Shown piece after piece: positions 1-10,255 of a stretch of DNA of 64,000 nucleotides (the stretch's first letter is position 1; every line of letters begins with the position of its first letter). The stretch comes from Oscillospiraceae bacterium (lineage in GTDB: Bacteria; Bacillota; Clostridia; UMGS1883). The stretch covers positions 9,123 to 73,122 of the forward strand of contig SVJW01000001.1 in assembly GCA_015068735.1 (NCBI GenBank), given 5' to 3'. The notes beneath the pieces were generated by a model. That model was not told where the DNA came from, made no database searches, and worked only from the letters and a program-made list of their open reading frames with translations. The position numbers were made by a program, and so were the translations under genes.

Positions 1-1
1 T

Positions 2-244
2 CCAAAGGAAGAAGAACGTCCAGTTGTATGTCGTGATCTGAAGCTTTCTCCACCTCAAACCCACGTTCCGCACACAATTATTTCCGACGGAGTGTTACGG
101 AAAAACAACCTCCGAGGTGCAGGACTTGACGAAAAATGGCTTCGTAAAAAGCTAAAAAAATACAACATAACCGACTACAGTCAGGTGGCTTTTTTGAGCG
201 TAACTGATGAAAATGAACTGTGTTTACAAATTTCCGAAAAATAA
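2..244 (+). CDS. DUF421 / YetF-family membrane protein, C-terminal fragment (5' end outside window)
   Basis: Frame-2 reading is open from the window edge to TAA at 242-244. Translation ...DGVLRKNNLRGAGLDEKWLRKKLKKYNITDYSQVAFLSVTDENELCLQISEK resembles the YetF C-terminal domain. Confidence 0.6.
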   Translation, partial: PKEEERPVVCRDLKLSPPQTHVPHTIISDGVLRKNNLRGAGLDEKWLRKKLKKYNITDYSQVAFLSVTDENELCLQISEK

Positions 245-258
245 GGAGTGTTTATATT

Positions 259-2604
259 TTGAAAGCAGTAATTCTTTGTAACAACGAGGGCACTCGTCTA
301 AGACCCATCACCTGTTCAGTTCCCAAATCAATGCTTCCCATAATGAACAGGCCCATTGCCGAACACACGCTGCGTCTTTTAAAAAGGCACGGAATAAGTG
401 AAGTCATATTTGCTTCCGACTATCTTTCGGAGGAAATAGAAAAACATTTTATGGAGGCAAAGCTTGAAAATGTAAAAATCACTTTTTCTCCAATTAAAAA
501 TCTGTGTGATTTTTTTGACGATGATACCGTATTGATAAATGACAGCACGTTAACCGACCTTAATTTAACGGAAATCATCAGTGTTTTTGAACAAACCCGT
601 ACACCCATCCTTATTACAAAACCTGAGGGAGATGACGAGTTTGGCAGAGTTTATACCGACTCTTCCTCTTTTGTTACAAAGTACATTCGTTTTCCTGATG
701 CCGTCCATCTTGCAGGAAGCGTTTTCACAGGAATTGCCATTGTTCCCGGCAGAACGCAGACCAACGAATGTACTACTTTGCCTGAACTTACTGAGTCTCT
801 TATTAAAAGCGAGAAAGTCCTTGCTCTTTCTGTCCCTTGCTATATACGGAACATTTCCGATTTTGAAAGTTATCACAAGTGTTCAAGAGACTTTTTTGAT
901 AAAAAAATAAATCTTCCTTTTCCCTGTGATGAAAAAGCCCCCGGTGTATGGGTAGAGGAGGGGGCAACTGTAATGCAGGGCAGCGTTATTGTACCACCCG
1001 TATATATAGGAAGCGGAAGCTTTATTTCCAAAGGAGCAAGAATTGAAGCCTATACCCAGATTGGTAAAAATGTAAATGCAGACTGTTTTGCAGGAATAAA
1101 AAGAAGCATTATTATGGACGGTACTTCCATTGGTGATGGATGCTCTTTACGAGGTGCTATAATCGGAAAAAATTGCGAAATCGGCTTTGAAAGTGCTGTG
1201 TATGAGGGTAGTGTTATAGGTACAGGCACAAAGGTCGGGAAGCATTGTACAATAAAAAATGCCTCGCATATATGGCCGGATAAATATATCGAAAGCGAAA
1301 GTACGGTTTGCGAAAATCTCATATGGGAAAACACCTCTCCCCGCTCACTTTTCTCGGACGGAAGTGCAACCGGCATTATAAACCGTGACATTACTCCTGA
1401 GTTTGCAGCGGCATTGGGAAGAAGTATTGTAGCCCTCTTAGGAAAGAAAATTGCAGTTTCGGAGGATGGTGCACCCTCCGGTTCAATGATAAAAAATGCT
1501 CTTTTAGCAGGGATTCAATCCGCAGGCGGAAAACCATACGACATGGGTGAAGAACCTCTCCCAATTACCAGAAGCGCAATCAGGTTTTATTCCCTTGACG
1601 GAGGAATAGCTCTGAGCACAAGAAAATACGAAGGAAATGTTCAGGGAAGTCTTGATATTATAAATAAATGCGGTGCAGATATTGAAAATGAAGACCTTAA
1701 AAAGCTCTGCAATCTGATGGATTCTGGAGACGCAAAGAGGGAGAAAGCGGCAAAAATCCATGAAACGGAATATCTTTTTGAGTACAAGTTGTATTATCTT
1801 AAACAACTTATAAATTCCACCACAGGGAAAGATATTAACGAAAGGCTTCTTATTTGCTGTCCCAATTCGTGGGCGCGGGATTTGCTTCAAAGTGCAGCAA
1901 AGGATTTAGGTTGTCATTTTACTTTTACAAATGAGGAAAATCAAGAATTCTATCATATACTGAAATCCGGGTTTTACAGTTTCGGGGTTATCATAGACTA
2001 CAAGTGTGAAACTCTGACAATAATAAAAAACACCGGAGAAAAACTGTCGGAATATGATTACTCGGCGCTTAGCTCTCTTATAATAATGAAAAACTTCCCC
2101 GATGCGGAAATTTTCATTCCGGAATCTGCACCCCAAAGCATTGAAGAAATGGCAAAAAAATATTCCGTCCGTGTGCACCGTACAAAAATAAGCCCACCCT
2201 ATCTTATGAATGAGCTTTCAAAAAGCGATAAAATTCAGTTTCTGCATCAGTTTATATACCGTTTTGATGCTGTTGGAACAATTATACTTCTTCTTGACTT
2301 TATTCACAGCAAAGAAATCACTCTTGAAAGTTTGTTGAGGGAAATTCCTGTCACACATACTCTCAGCACAAACATCAGCTATAATGCAGAAAATCAGCCT
2401 GCACTTCTCAGAAGGATCTGCGAAAGTCACAACATTACGGCAGATAGCAGTGATGATGCAATAAAAATCAATTTTGATAACGGTTGGGTTATATTGGTCC
2501 CGCAAAAAACAGATTCAGCAATAAAGGTAATAAGCCATGCACTTTCAATGGAATATGCCAGGGAAATTTCCGACATATTTACGGATGAAATCAGTAAGAA
2601 TTAA
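259..2604 (+). CDS. Sugar-1-phosphate nucleotidyltransferase (NTP_transferase + left-handed beta-helix) fused to a phosphohexomutase-like C-terminal region
   Basis: The ORF-track frame starts at 220, but AAGGAG at 243-248 followed by TTG at 259 gives the classic N-terminus MKAVILCNNEGTRLRP. Hexapeptide-repeat region present (GSVIVPPVYIGSGSFISKGARI...). The C-terminal ~400 aa is PGM/PMM-like with degenerate catalytic loops. Confidence 0.8.
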   Translation: MKAVILCNNEGTRLRPITCSVPKSMLPIMNRPIAEHTLRLLKRHGISEVIFASDYLSEEIEKHFMEAKLENVKITFSPIKNLCDFFDDDTVLINDSTLTDLNLTEIISVFEQTRTPILITKPEGDDEFGRVYTDSSSFVTKYIRFPDAVHLAGSVFTGIAIVPGRTQTNECTTLPELTESLIKSEKVLALSVPCYIRNISDFESYHKCSRDFFDKKINLPFPCDEKAPGVWVEEGATVMQGSVIVPPVYIGSGSFISKGARIEAYTQIGKNVNADCFAGIKRSIIMDGTSIGDGCSLRGAIIGKNCEIGFESAVYEGSVIGTGTKVGKHCTIKNASHIWPDKYIESESTVCENLIWENTSPRSLFSDGSATGIINRDITPEFAAALGRSIVALLGKKIAVSEDGAPSGSMIKNALLAGIQSAGGKPYDMGEEPLPITRSAIRFYSLDGGIALSTRKYEGNVQGSLDIINKCGADIENEDLKKLCNLMDSGDAKREKAAKIHETEYLFEYKLYYLKQLINSTTGKDINERLLICCPNSWARDLLQSAAKDLGCHFTFTNEENQEFYHILKSGFYSFGVIIDYKCETLTIIKNTGEKLSEYDYSALSSLIIMKNFPDAEIFIPESAPQSIEEMAKKYSVRVHRTKISPPYLMNELSKSDKIQFLHQFIYRFDAVGTIILLLDFIHSKEITLESLLREIPVTHTLSTNISYNAENQPALLRRICESHNITADSSDDAIKINFDNGWVILVPQKTDSAIKVISHALSMEYAREISDIFTDEISKN

Positions 2605-2610
2605 TTTTAA

Positions 2611-2640
2611 AAGGCAAGAGCTGTTCTCTTGCCTTTTTAT
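2611..2640 (+). terminator. Rho-independent terminator
   Basis: aggcaagag-ctgtt-ctcttgcct hairpin followed by a T-run. Confidence 0.7.
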
Positions 2641-2674
2641 CTTTTATATGCTACAATACTGATGGTGATTAGTT

Positions 2675-4003
2675 ATGCAAATACAGTTGTCAGACAGTTT
2701 TACATACAAAAAGCTGCTGAAATTCACTTTCCCGTCAATCATTATGATGATTTTTACATCAATTTATGGTGTTGTTGACGGTATATTTGTTTCAAATTTT
2801 GCAGGAAAAACGCCATTTGCCGCAATAAACCTTATTATGCCGGTATTTTTAATCATTGGTGCCATAGGTTTTATGATAGGTACAGGCGGAAGTGCTTTGG
2901 TTGCCCGCTATTTAGGCGAGGGGCGTCGCGAAAAAGCAAACAAAACATTTTCAATGCTGATTTACGTTTCACTGTTTTTCGGTATTTTCGTTTCGTTTTT
3001 AGGGTTCATTTTTATAAAGCCTGTTGCCCGTCTTCTTGGTGCTGAGGGTGAAATGCTTCGCTACTGTGTTCTTTACGGACGAATTCTTCTTCCTCCAATG
3101 TTTGCATTTATTCTGCAGAATGAGTTTCAGGCGTTTATGATTGTTGCGGAAAAGCCACAGTTAGGACTTTGGATAACGGTTGCCGCAGGAGTTACAAATA
3201 TCGTTCTCGATGCTCTTTTTGTAGCAGTTTTCAAGTGGGGGCTTGCAGGTGCCGCTGTTGCAACGGCAATGAGCCAGCTTATAGGAGGCACAATACCTCT
3301 TCTCTATTTTGTTTTTTCAAAAAAAGCACCTCTCAGACTTTGCAAAGCATCCTTTGACTTTAGGGATCTTCTTAAAGCCTGCACAAACGGAAGCAGTGAG
3401 ATGATGACCAACATCTCTATGTCGCTTGTTACCATTCTCTACAATTTTCAGTTGATGAAATTTGCAGGAGAAAATGGCATTGCGGCATATGGTGTCATTA
3501 TGTATGTTGCCTTTATATTTATCTCTATTTTCATAGGCTATTGTGTTGGAAGTGCTCCTGTTATAAGTTTTCATTTCGGGGCACAGAATCACAGTGAATT
3601 AAAGAAGCTTCTTAAAATGAGTACAGTAATTATCGGGGCTTTCTCAATAGCAATGACTATAATTTCTGTACTGCTTGCAAAACCGCTGTCCGAAATCTTT
3701 GTGGGCTATGATAAAAATTTACTTTCGATGACCGTCCGCGGTTTTATAATCTACTGTTTCTCATTCCTTCTGGCAGGATTTAATATATTTGGATCATCAT
3801 TTTTTACGGCTCTAAATGACGGATTGGTTTCTGCAATAATTTCATTTTTAAGAACACTCCTTTTTCAGGTGTTGGCAGTTATAGTTCTGCCGCTATTATT
3901 TGGACTTGACGGAATATGGTTTTCAATTATTTTGGCAGAGCTGCTCTCATTTGTTGCAGTTATTATATTTATCAAAAAAATGCAACCTAAATATAAATAT
4001 TAA
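2675..4003 (+). CDS. MATE family efflux transporter
   Basis: 442 aa, about 12 predicted TM segments. N-terminus KLLKFTFPSIIMMIFTSIYGVVDGIFVSNF is typical of the MatE family. Confidence 0.85.
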   Translation: MQIQLSDSFTYKKLLKFTFPSIIMMIFTSIYGVVDGIFVSNFAGKTPFAAINLIMPVFLIIGAIGFMIGTGGSALVARYLGEGRREKANKTFSMLIYVSLFFGIFVSFLGFIFIKPVARLLGAEGEMLRYCVLYGRILLPPMFAFILQNEFQAFMIVAEKPQLGLWITVAAGVTNIVLDALFVAVFKWGLAGAAVATAMSQLIGGTIPLLYFVFSKKAPLRLCKASFDFRDLLKACTNGSSEMMTNISMSLVTILYNFQLMKFAGENGIAAYGVIMYVAFIFISIFIGYCVGSAPVISFHFGAQNHSELKKLLKMSTVIIGAFSIAMTIISVLLAKPLSEIFVGYDKNLLSMTVRGFIIYCFSFLLAGFNIFGSSFFTALNDGLVSAIISFLRTLLFQVLAVIVLPLLFGLDGIWFSIILAELLSFVAVIIFIKKMQPKYKY

Positions 4004-4017
4004 AGGATGGTACTGTT

Positions 4018-4539
4018 ATGGAATACTTTGAACTTATTAAAAAGCGTTATTCGGTACGAAAATTTACAGATGAGCCTGTAAAGCAGGAGGAAATTGACCG
4101 CATACTGGAAGCGTCACATATTGCTCCCACCGGTTGCAATGCTCAACCCCAGCGAATACTTGTAATGAACACTCCCGAAGCTATTGAAAAGCTTCAGAAA
4201 TGTACCCGTGCACATTTCGGTGCAAAGACTGCAATGCTTATCTGCTACAACAAGGATGAGTGCTGGACAAGAAGAAAATATGACGGAGAGCAAAGCGGTA
4301 TGGTGGATGCAAGCATTGTTACCACACATATGATGCTTGCGGCAGAGGATATAGGTGTAGGAACTACCTGGGTAATGCATTTCGACCCCTTTGCTATGAG
4401 AGAGGAATTCAACATTCCCGAAAATATCATTCCCGTAGCTCTTCTTGTTATGGGATACCCTGCCCCTGATGCCACTCCCCACGAATTCCACAGTCAGTTC
4501 AGACCAATGGATGAAACAGTTAAATATAATAGTTTCTAA
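4018..4539 (+). CDS. Nitroreductase family protein
   Basis: KRYSVRKFTDEPV...APTGCNAQPQRILV motifs; 173 aa. Confidence 0.85.
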   Translation: MEYFELIKKRYSVRKFTDEPVKQEEIDRILEASHIAPTGCNAQPQRILVMNTPEAIEKLQKCTRAHFGAKTAMLICYNKDECWTRRKYDGEQSGMVDASIVTTHMMLAAEDIGVGTTWVMHFDPFAMREEFNIPENIIPVALLVMGYPAPDATPHEFHSQFRPMDETVKYNSF

Positions 4540-4543
4540 TACG

Positions 4544-4578
4544 AAAAAACAACCCTTGGAAATCCAAGGGTTGTTTTC
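4544..4578. terminator. Bidirectional rho-independent terminator between convergent genes
   Basis: caacccttgg-aaat-ccaagggttg hairpin flanked by an A-run and a T-run. Confidence 0.75.
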
Positions 4579-4586
4579 ATTCTTAA

Positions 4587-4820
4587 TCAGTCTTCTACGA
4601 TGTCAACGATTACTTTCTTACCGTCTCTGCCGGATGCTGCACGGATAACAGTTCTGATCGCTTTCGCAATTCTTCCCTGTCTGCCGATTACTTTACCCAT
4701 ATCAGAGGGATTTACTCTGAGCTCAAGAAGATCGGAATCCTCACGCTCAATAAAAGTTACGTTAACCTCATCGGGATACTGAACAAGAGGTTTTACGATT
4801 GCTTCAAGAAGTTCTTTCAT
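4587..4820 (-). CDS. KH-domain RNA-binding protein (YlqC / UPF0109 family)
   Basis: 77 aa with the VIGRQGRIAKAIRTV KH GXXG-type motif. Conserved position after rpsP. Confidence 0.85.
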   Translation of the reverse strand: MKELLEAIVKPLVQYPDEVNVTFIEREDSDLLELRVNPSDMGKVIGRQGRIAKAIRTVIRAASGRDGKKVIVDIVED

Positions 4821-4833
4821 GATATATCTCCTA

Positions 4834-5088
4834 TTAGTCGATGATACCGTTCTTCTTGAGAAGGCTCTTTACAGTGTCTGTGGGCTGTGCGCCGTTAGCG
4901 ATCCACTGCTTAACCTTGTCGCCGTCTACTGTGAATACGGAAGGTTCTGTAAGAGGATTGTAAGTACCTACTTCCTCAATGAATCTACCGTCACGGGGAT
5001 AACGAGAATCTGCAACTACTACACGATAGTAAGGAGCCTTCTTCGCACCCATTCTTCTAAGTCTGATTTTTACTGCCATTTTTTTCAC
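4834..5088 (-). CDS. rpsP: 30S ribosomal protein S16
   Basis: [26 protein letters not shown] signature. Confidence 0.95.
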   Translation of the reverse strand: MKKMAVKIRLRRMGAKKAPYYRVVVADSRYPRDGRFIEEVGTYNPLTEPSVFTVDGDKVKQWIANGAQPTDTVKSLLKKNGIID

Positions 5089-5132
5089 CTCATAAAAATA
5101 TTTTATATAAAAATTAAATTAAAACCTAAAAA

Positions 5133-6455
5133 TTAGAAAGGAAATCTCATTCTCTTCATTTTCTTGGGATCGGAGAACATTTTCATCATTTTCTGCATTT
5201 CTGCAAACTGTTTTAAGAACAAGTTTACATCCTGCACACCAAGTCCGCAACCTTCTGCAATTCTTTTTCGTCTGCTTCCGTTGAGGATTTCGGGGTTTTC
5301 TCTTTCCTTCTTCGTCATTGAGCAAATAATCGCCTCAGTTCTTACGAACTGCTTGTCGTCAAGTTTTACGCCCTTAAGTTTTGCACCCATACCGGGAATC
5401 ATTTTAAGGATGCTTTCGAGCGAGCCCATATTCTTCATCTGACGAAGCTGGTCAAGGTAGTCGTTAAGGTCAAACTTCTGTTCACGAAGTTTTTTCTCAA
5501 GCTCCATTGCCTTTTTCTCGTCGAATGCTTCCTGTGCCTTGTCAATAAGGGAAAGCATATCACCCATACCGAGAATTCTCGATGCCATACGGTCAGGATA
5601 GAAAGGTTCAAGGTCGGTAAGTTTTTCTCCCATACCTACGAACTTGATGTTTTTACCGGTGGTTGCACGAACGCTGAGCGCCGCACCGCCACGGGTGTCA
5701 CCGTCAAGCTTGGTGAGGATAATACCGTCAATACCTAACTGCTGATCAAAACTTTCGGCAACGTTTACCGCATCCTGACCTGTCATGGAGTCCACAACAA
5801 GAAGTATTTCTGTAGGATGTACGCTTGATTTAATGTTTTTAAGTTCATCCATCAGCGCCTCATCCACGTGAAGACGACCTGCTGTATCTATAATAACGGT
5901 ATCAAAGCGTGATGTGTCACAATTTTTTACCGCATCAATTGCTATTTTAACGGGGTCTTTTGTTTCAAAGTCCGCATAAACTTCAAGGCCCAACTGACTG
6001 CCTACTACCTGGAGCTGTTTTATAGCCGCAGGACGCTGAACGTCACAGCCTGCAAGCATGGGGCGTTTGCCCTGTTTTTTAAGTACACCGCCAAGCTTTG
6101 CCGCAGTAGTTGTTTTACCTGCACCCTGCAAACCTACAAGCATATACACCGTAGGAGCTTTGGGACTTACCGCAAGCTTTGCCTGAGCACCACCCATAAG
6201 CCATGTAAGTTCGTCACGAACTATCTTTATTATCTGCTGACCGGGAGTTAAGCTTTCAAGTACTTCACTGCCGGTTGCTTTTTCAAAAACACGCTTCTCA
6301 AACTCTTTAACTACTTTATATCCAACGTCCGCCTCAAGCAATGCAAAACGCACTTCACGCATGGCGTTTTTTACATCCTTTTCGGTTACGACGCCCTGAC
6401 CTCTAAGTTTTTTAAAGGTTTCCTGAAGCTTTTCACCTAAAGATTCAAATGCCAT
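5133..6455 (-). CDS. ffh: Signal recognition particle protein Ffh
   Basis: GLQGAGKTTT P-loop, DTAGR, TKLDGD motifs and a Met-rich M domain. Confidence 0.95.
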   Translation of the reverse strand: MAFESLGEKLQETFKKLRGQGVVTEKDVKNAMREVRFALLEADVGYKVVKEFEKRVFEKATGSEVLESLTPGQQIIKIVRDELTWLMGGAQAKLAVSPKAPTVYMLVGLQGAGKTTTAAKLGGVLKKQGKRPMLAGCDVQRPAAIKQLQVVGSQLGLEVYADFETKDPVKIAIDAVKNCDTSRFDTVIIDTAGRLHVDEALMDELKNIKSSVHPTEILLVVDSMTGQDAVNVAESFDQQLGIDGIILTKLDGDTRGGAALSVRATTGKNIKFVGMGEKLTDLEPFYPDRMASRILGMGDMLSLIDKAQEAFDEKKAMELEKKLREQKFDLNDYLDQLRQMKNMGSLESILKMIPGMGAKLKGVKLDDKQFVRTEAIICSMTKKERENPEILNGSRRKRIAEGCGLGVQDVNLFLKQFAEMQKMMKMFSDPKKMKRMRFPF

Positions 6456-6814
6456 TACTCTGCTCCGTTTCCGATAGTTTCTACCTTATTTAATATCATA
6501 TCCGCAAGGGAGTTTATATCCTTGCTGTTAGAGAGTCTTTTGTTTGTTTTCTTAAGTTCATCTGCAAGGGAACCTATTTCGTTCACACTACGAAATACTT
6601 CAAGCAAACGAAGCTTGGATTCCATTTCATCAATTATACCCTCGCCCCTTTTTATGAAGTCACGGACACCCTGACGGGAAATATCCATAAGTTCTGAAAT
6701 TTCGCTGAGAGAATAATCGCTATCGTAATAATACTCCATAGCTTCCGCCTGTTTTTCGGTAAGAAGTCCTTTGTAAATATCAAGTAATTCAGTATAAACA
6801 AGATTTTTTTCCAT
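6455..6814 (-). CDS. ylxM: YlxM / UPF0122 putative DNA-binding protein
   Basis: The ORF-track start at 6898 was trimmed to ATG 6814, preceded by AAAGGGGAGAAG. HTH-like SLSEISELMDISRQGVRDFIKR. The stop overlaps the ffh start by 1 nt. Confidence 0.8.
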   Translation of the reverse strand: MEKNLVYTELLDIYKGLLTEKQAEAMEYYYDSDYSLSEISELMDISRQGVRDFIKRGEGIIDEMESKLRLLEVFRSVNEIGSLADELKKTNKRLSNSKDINSLADMILNKVETIGNGAE

Positions 6815-6951
6815 ACAACTTCTCCCCTTTTGGCAAATTTTGGTGTTGTTGTAAAGTTGTTTCACTTTACAACTTCTATAGTATACACGCTTTTTCACAA
6901 AAAGTCAATAGCTTTTGTGTAATTTTTTCTTAAAATTTATGTAAAAAATAC

Positions 6952-6980
6952 TTGCATTTCGTATTTCTTTATGGTATCAT
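6952..6980 (+). promoter_or_regulatory. Sigma-A-type promoter for rpsB-tsf
   Basis: TTGCAT, 17 nt spacer, TATCAT with an extended -10 TG (TGGTATCAT). Confidence 0.6.
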
Positions 6981-7138
6981 AGTATGGCACAAAAATACGC
7001 ACACTGCCTGAGTGGCGCCATGTGCTTTCCTATATAATAAGGAAAGTTGGCGTACATATTGACGGTAGTGGAGGTGCTGCCGCATCGCTTGTGACATGGG
7101 CGCGGTGGTAAAAAACTAAATAAATGGAGGTGTTTTAC

Positions 7139-7870
7139 ATGTCAGTTATTGCTATGAAGCAGCTTTTGGAGGCAGGTGTTCACTTCGGTCATCAGACAAG
7201 AAGATGGAACCCCAAAATGGCGGAGTATATCTTTACAGAACGTAACGGTATCTACATCATCGACCTGCAGAAAACAGTTAAGAAGATTGAGGAAGCTTAC
7301 GATTTCATCCGTTCTGTAGCAGCAGACGGCGGCGAAATTCTCTTTGTTGGTACAAAGAAGCAGGCTCAGGAAACAATCAAGGAAGAAGCTATCCGTGTAG
7401 GTATGCACTACGTTGATGCAAGATGGCTCGGCGGTATGCTTACAAACTTCAAGACAATCAAGAAGAGAATTGAAAGACTTTCTCAGCTTCATAAGATGGA
7501 AGAAGACGGCACATTCGATCTTCTCCCCAAGAAGGAAGTTATCGGTCTTAAGGGCGAAATGGAAAAGCTCGAAAAGTACCTTGGCGGTATCAAGGAAATG
7601 AAGAAGGCTCCCGCAGCAATCTTCATCGTTGACCCCAGAAAAGAAAGAATCGCTATTGCTGAAGCTAAGAAGCTCAACATTCCAATCGTTGCTATCGTTG
7701 ATACAAACTGCGATCCCGAAGATGTTGACTACGTAATTCCCGGTAATGACGACGCTATCCGTGCAGTTAAGCTTGTGGTTTCTACAATTGCTAACGCAGT
7801 TATCGAAGGCAGAGAGGGTACATCTGAAGCTCCTGCTGAAGAGGAAGAAATCGATATTACACTTGAATAA
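7139..7870 (+). CDS. rpsB: 30S ribosomal protein S2
   Basis: [32 protein letters not shown] 8 nt upstream of ATG 7139. Confidence 0.95.
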   Translation: MSVIAMKQLLEAGVHFGHQTRRWNPKMAEYIFTERNGIYIIDLQKTVKKIEEAYDFIRSVAADGGEILFVGTKKQAQETIKEEAIRVGMHYVDARWLGGMLTNFKTIKKRIERLSQLHKMEEDGTFDLLPKKEVIGLKGEMEKLEKYLGGIKEMKKAPAAIFIVDPRKERIAIAEAKKLNIPIVAIVDTNCDPEDVDYVIPGNDDAIRAVKLVVSTIANAVIEGREGTSEAPAEEEEIDITLE

Positions 7871-7892
7871 TAACGAAAGGAATGTTATTAAT

Positions 7893-8789
7893 ATGAATTT
7901 CACAGCTCAGGACGTTAAAGAATTAAGAGAAAAGACCGGTTGCGGAATGATGGACTGTAAAAAGGCTCTTTCCGAAACAAACGGTGATATGGAAAAAGCT
8001 ATTGACTTTCTCCGTGAAAAGGGACTTGCTACAGCAGCTAAGAAGTCCGGCAGAATTGCTTCTGAAGGTATCGTAAAAGCTTACGTTTCCGACGATAAGA
8101 AGGTTGGCGTACTCGTTGAAGTTAACTCTGAAACAGACTTTGTTGCTAAGAATGATGAGTTCCAGACATTTGTTGGTAAGGTAGCTGAAATCGTTGCAGC
8201 AAATGATCCTCAGGACGTTGACGCACTTAAGGCTCTTCCCTTCGGTGCTGAAGGTACAGTTGGTGACGCTCTTACAGCTCTTATTGCTAAGATTGGTGAA
8301 AACATGAACCTTAGAAGATTTGCAAGAATCGCAGGTAATGTTTGCACATACACACATGGTGGTGGCAGAATCGGTGTTCTTGTAGAAGCTGAAGGAAGCC
8401 TTGCAGACGAAGCAGCTTATGAAGCAGCAAGAGATGCAGCTATGCAGATTGCAGCTATTAATCCTCTTTACCTTTCTTCAGAAACTGTTCCCGCAGAAGA
8501 CCTTGAAAAGGAAAAGGGTATCCTTATGGCTCAGATTAAGGAAGATCCTAAGAACGCTTCCAAGCCTGATGCAATCATCGAGAAGATGATGATCGGTAAG
8601 ATCAACAAGTTCTACGAACAGAACTGCCTTCTTCAGCAGGAATTCGTTAAGGACAACGACCAGAAGGTTGGTAAGTACCTTGAATCCAATGGAGTTAAGC
8701 TTATAAACTTTGTTCGTTTTGAAAAGGGCGAAGGTCTTGAAAAGAAAGAAGAAAACTTCGCTGACGAAGTTGCTTCAATGGTTAAATAA
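7893..8789 (+). CDS. tsf: Translation elongation factor Ts
   Basis: ATG at 7893 gives MNFTAQDVKELREKTGCGMMDCKKAL (UBA-like N-terminus). The upstream part of the track ORF (7746-7892) overlaps rpsB and is not coding. Confidence 0.95.
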   Translation: MNFTAQDVKELREKTGCGMMDCKKALSETNGDMEKAIDFLREKGLATAAKKSGRIASEGIVKAYVSDDKKVGVLVEVNSETDFVAKNDEFQTFVGKVAEIVAANDPQDVDALKALPFGAEGTVGDALTALIAKIGENMNLRRFARIAGNVCTYTHGGGRIGVLVEAEGSLADEAAYEAARDAAMQIAAINPLYLSSETVPAEDLEKEKGILMAQIKEDPKNASKPDAIIEKMMIGKINKFYEQNCLLQQEFVKDNDQKVGKYLESNGVKLINFVRFEKGEGLEKKEENFADEVASMVK

Positions 8790-8813
8790 GACAAGCTGAT
8801 AATTCAGTTTTCA

Positions 8814-8848
8814 AAAAACTCTTCGGGAAATTTCCGAAGAGTTTTTTT
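8814..8848 (+). terminator. Rho-independent terminator after tsf
   Basis: actcttcgg-gaaattt-ccgaagagt hairpin followed by TTTTTTT. Confidence 0.8.
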
Positions 8849-8858
8849 GTTATGCCTA

Positions 8859-8887
8859 TTGAAATAATTTAGTTTTAGTTATATAAT
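8859..8887 (+). promoter_or_regulatory. Sigma-A-type promoter for glyA
   Basis: TTGAAA, 17 nt spacer, TATAAT. Confidence 0.6.
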
Positions 8888-8926
8888 ATAATAAAGGAAT
8901 ATTTTTTTACAAAGGAGTTATAGATT

Positions 8927-10165
8927 ATGAATTTCTTCGAAGAACTTTCTCAGTTTGACAGCGAAGTTTCTGCCGCTTGCGGAAGAGAGCTTACACGTCA
9001 GCAGCACAACATTGAGCTTATTGCATCAGAAAATATTGTTTCTAAAGCTGTACTTCTTGCAGCAGGAACAGTTCTTACAAACAAGTATGCCGAGGGTTAT
9101 AGCGGAAAGCGTTACTACGGCGGATGTATCCACGTTGACGAAGTTGAAACAATCGCTATTGAAAGAGCTAAAAAGCTTTTCGGTGCAGAGCATGCCAATG
9201 TTCAGCCGCATAGTGGTGCTAATGCAAACCTTGCAGTATTCTTTGCATTTCTTCAGCCCGGCGATACTGTAATGGGTATGAATCTTGCACACGGCGGTCA
9301 TCTTTCTCACGGGTCTCCCGTTAACATCAGCGGTAAATATTTCAACATTGTTCCCTACGGTGTTGACGATGAAACAGGTATGATTGACTATGATAAGATG
9401 AGAGAGATCGCTCTTGAGTGCAAGCCCAAGCTTATTGTTGCAGGTGCAAGTGCATATTCCAGAACAATTGACTTTGCTAAATTCAGAGAGGTTGCTGATG
9501 AAGTTGGTGCTATTCTTATGGTAGATATGGCGCACATCGCTGGACTTGTTGCTGCAGGTCTTCATCCCAGCCCTGTTCCCTATGCTGATGTTGTTACAAC
9601 AACAACCCACAAGACACTTCGCGGACCTCGTGGCGGTCTTATCCTTTGTAAGGAACAGTATGCAAAGCAGATTGATAAGGCAGTATTCCCCGGAACACAG
9701 GGCGGTCCTTTGATGCATATTATTGCAGCTAAGGCAGTTGCTTTCGGTGAAGCTCTTACCGATGAATTCAAGGAATATCAGGCACAGATTGTAAAGAACG
9801 CAAAAGTTCTTTGCGAAGCACTTAAGGCTGAAGGATTCAATGTTGTCTCCGATGATACAGACAACCACCTTATGCTTATTGACCTTTGTCCCTTTGATAT
9901 TACAGGTAAAGAAATGGAGCACCGTCTTGACGAAGTTCATATCACAGTAAATAAAAACGCAATCCCCAACGATAAGCAGAGTCCCTTCGTTACGAGCGGT
10001 ATCCGCGTAGGCGCTCCTGCAGTTACATCAAGAGGATTCAAAGAAGAAGAAATGAAGAAAATTGCTAAGTGGATGAAGCTTGTTGCGACAGACTTTGAAG
10101 CTAACAAGGAGCAGATTACAAAAGAAGTAATTGAACTTTGTGAAAAGTTCCCCATTTATGAATAA
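8927..10165 (+). CDS. glyA: Serine hydroxymethyltransferase
   Basis: [26 protein letters not shown] (PLP lysine motif). Confidence 0.95.
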   Translation: MNFFEELSQFDSEVSAACGRELTRQQHNIELIASENIVSKAVLLAAGTVLTNKYAEGYSGKRYYGGCIHVDEVETIAIERAKKLFGAEHANVQPHSGANANLAVFFAFLQPGDTVMGMNLAHGGHLSHGSPVNISGKYFNIVPYGVDDETGMIDYDKMREIALECKPKLIVAGASAYSRTIDFAKFREVADEVGAILMVDMAHIAGLVAAGLHPSPVPYADVVTTTTHKTLRGPRGGLILCKEQYAKQIDKAVFPGTQGGPLMHIIAAKAVAFGEALTDEFKEYQAQIVKNAKVLCEALKAEGFNVVSDDTDNHLMLIDLCPFDITGKEMEHRLDEVHITVNKNAIPNDKQSPFVTSGIRVGAPAVTSRGFKEEEMKKIAKWMKLVATDFEANKEQITKEVIELCEKFPIYE

Positions 10166-10180
10166 TAAAGTTAAAACCCA

Positions 10181-10214
10181 AATACGCTATGTTTTATACA
10201 TAGCGTATTTTTTA
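10181..10214 (+). terminator. Rho-independent terminator after glyA
   Basis: aatacgctatg...catagcgtatt hairpin followed by TTTT. Confidence 0.7.
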
Positions 10215-10255
10215 TGCGGTTTGAGGAAATACTACCTTAAACTGAGGTGGGAAAA

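Noticed and set aside
7142-7903. 253-aa ORF antisense to rpsB
   Set aside because: It lies entirely within and opposite the highly conserved S2 gene. Its composition is Cys/Phe/Leu-rich and implausible. It is a typical shadow ORF.
9026-9940. 304-aa ORF antisense to glyA
   Set aside because: Shadow ORF opposite a highly conserved gene. It has no RBS and an implausible Cys-rich composition.
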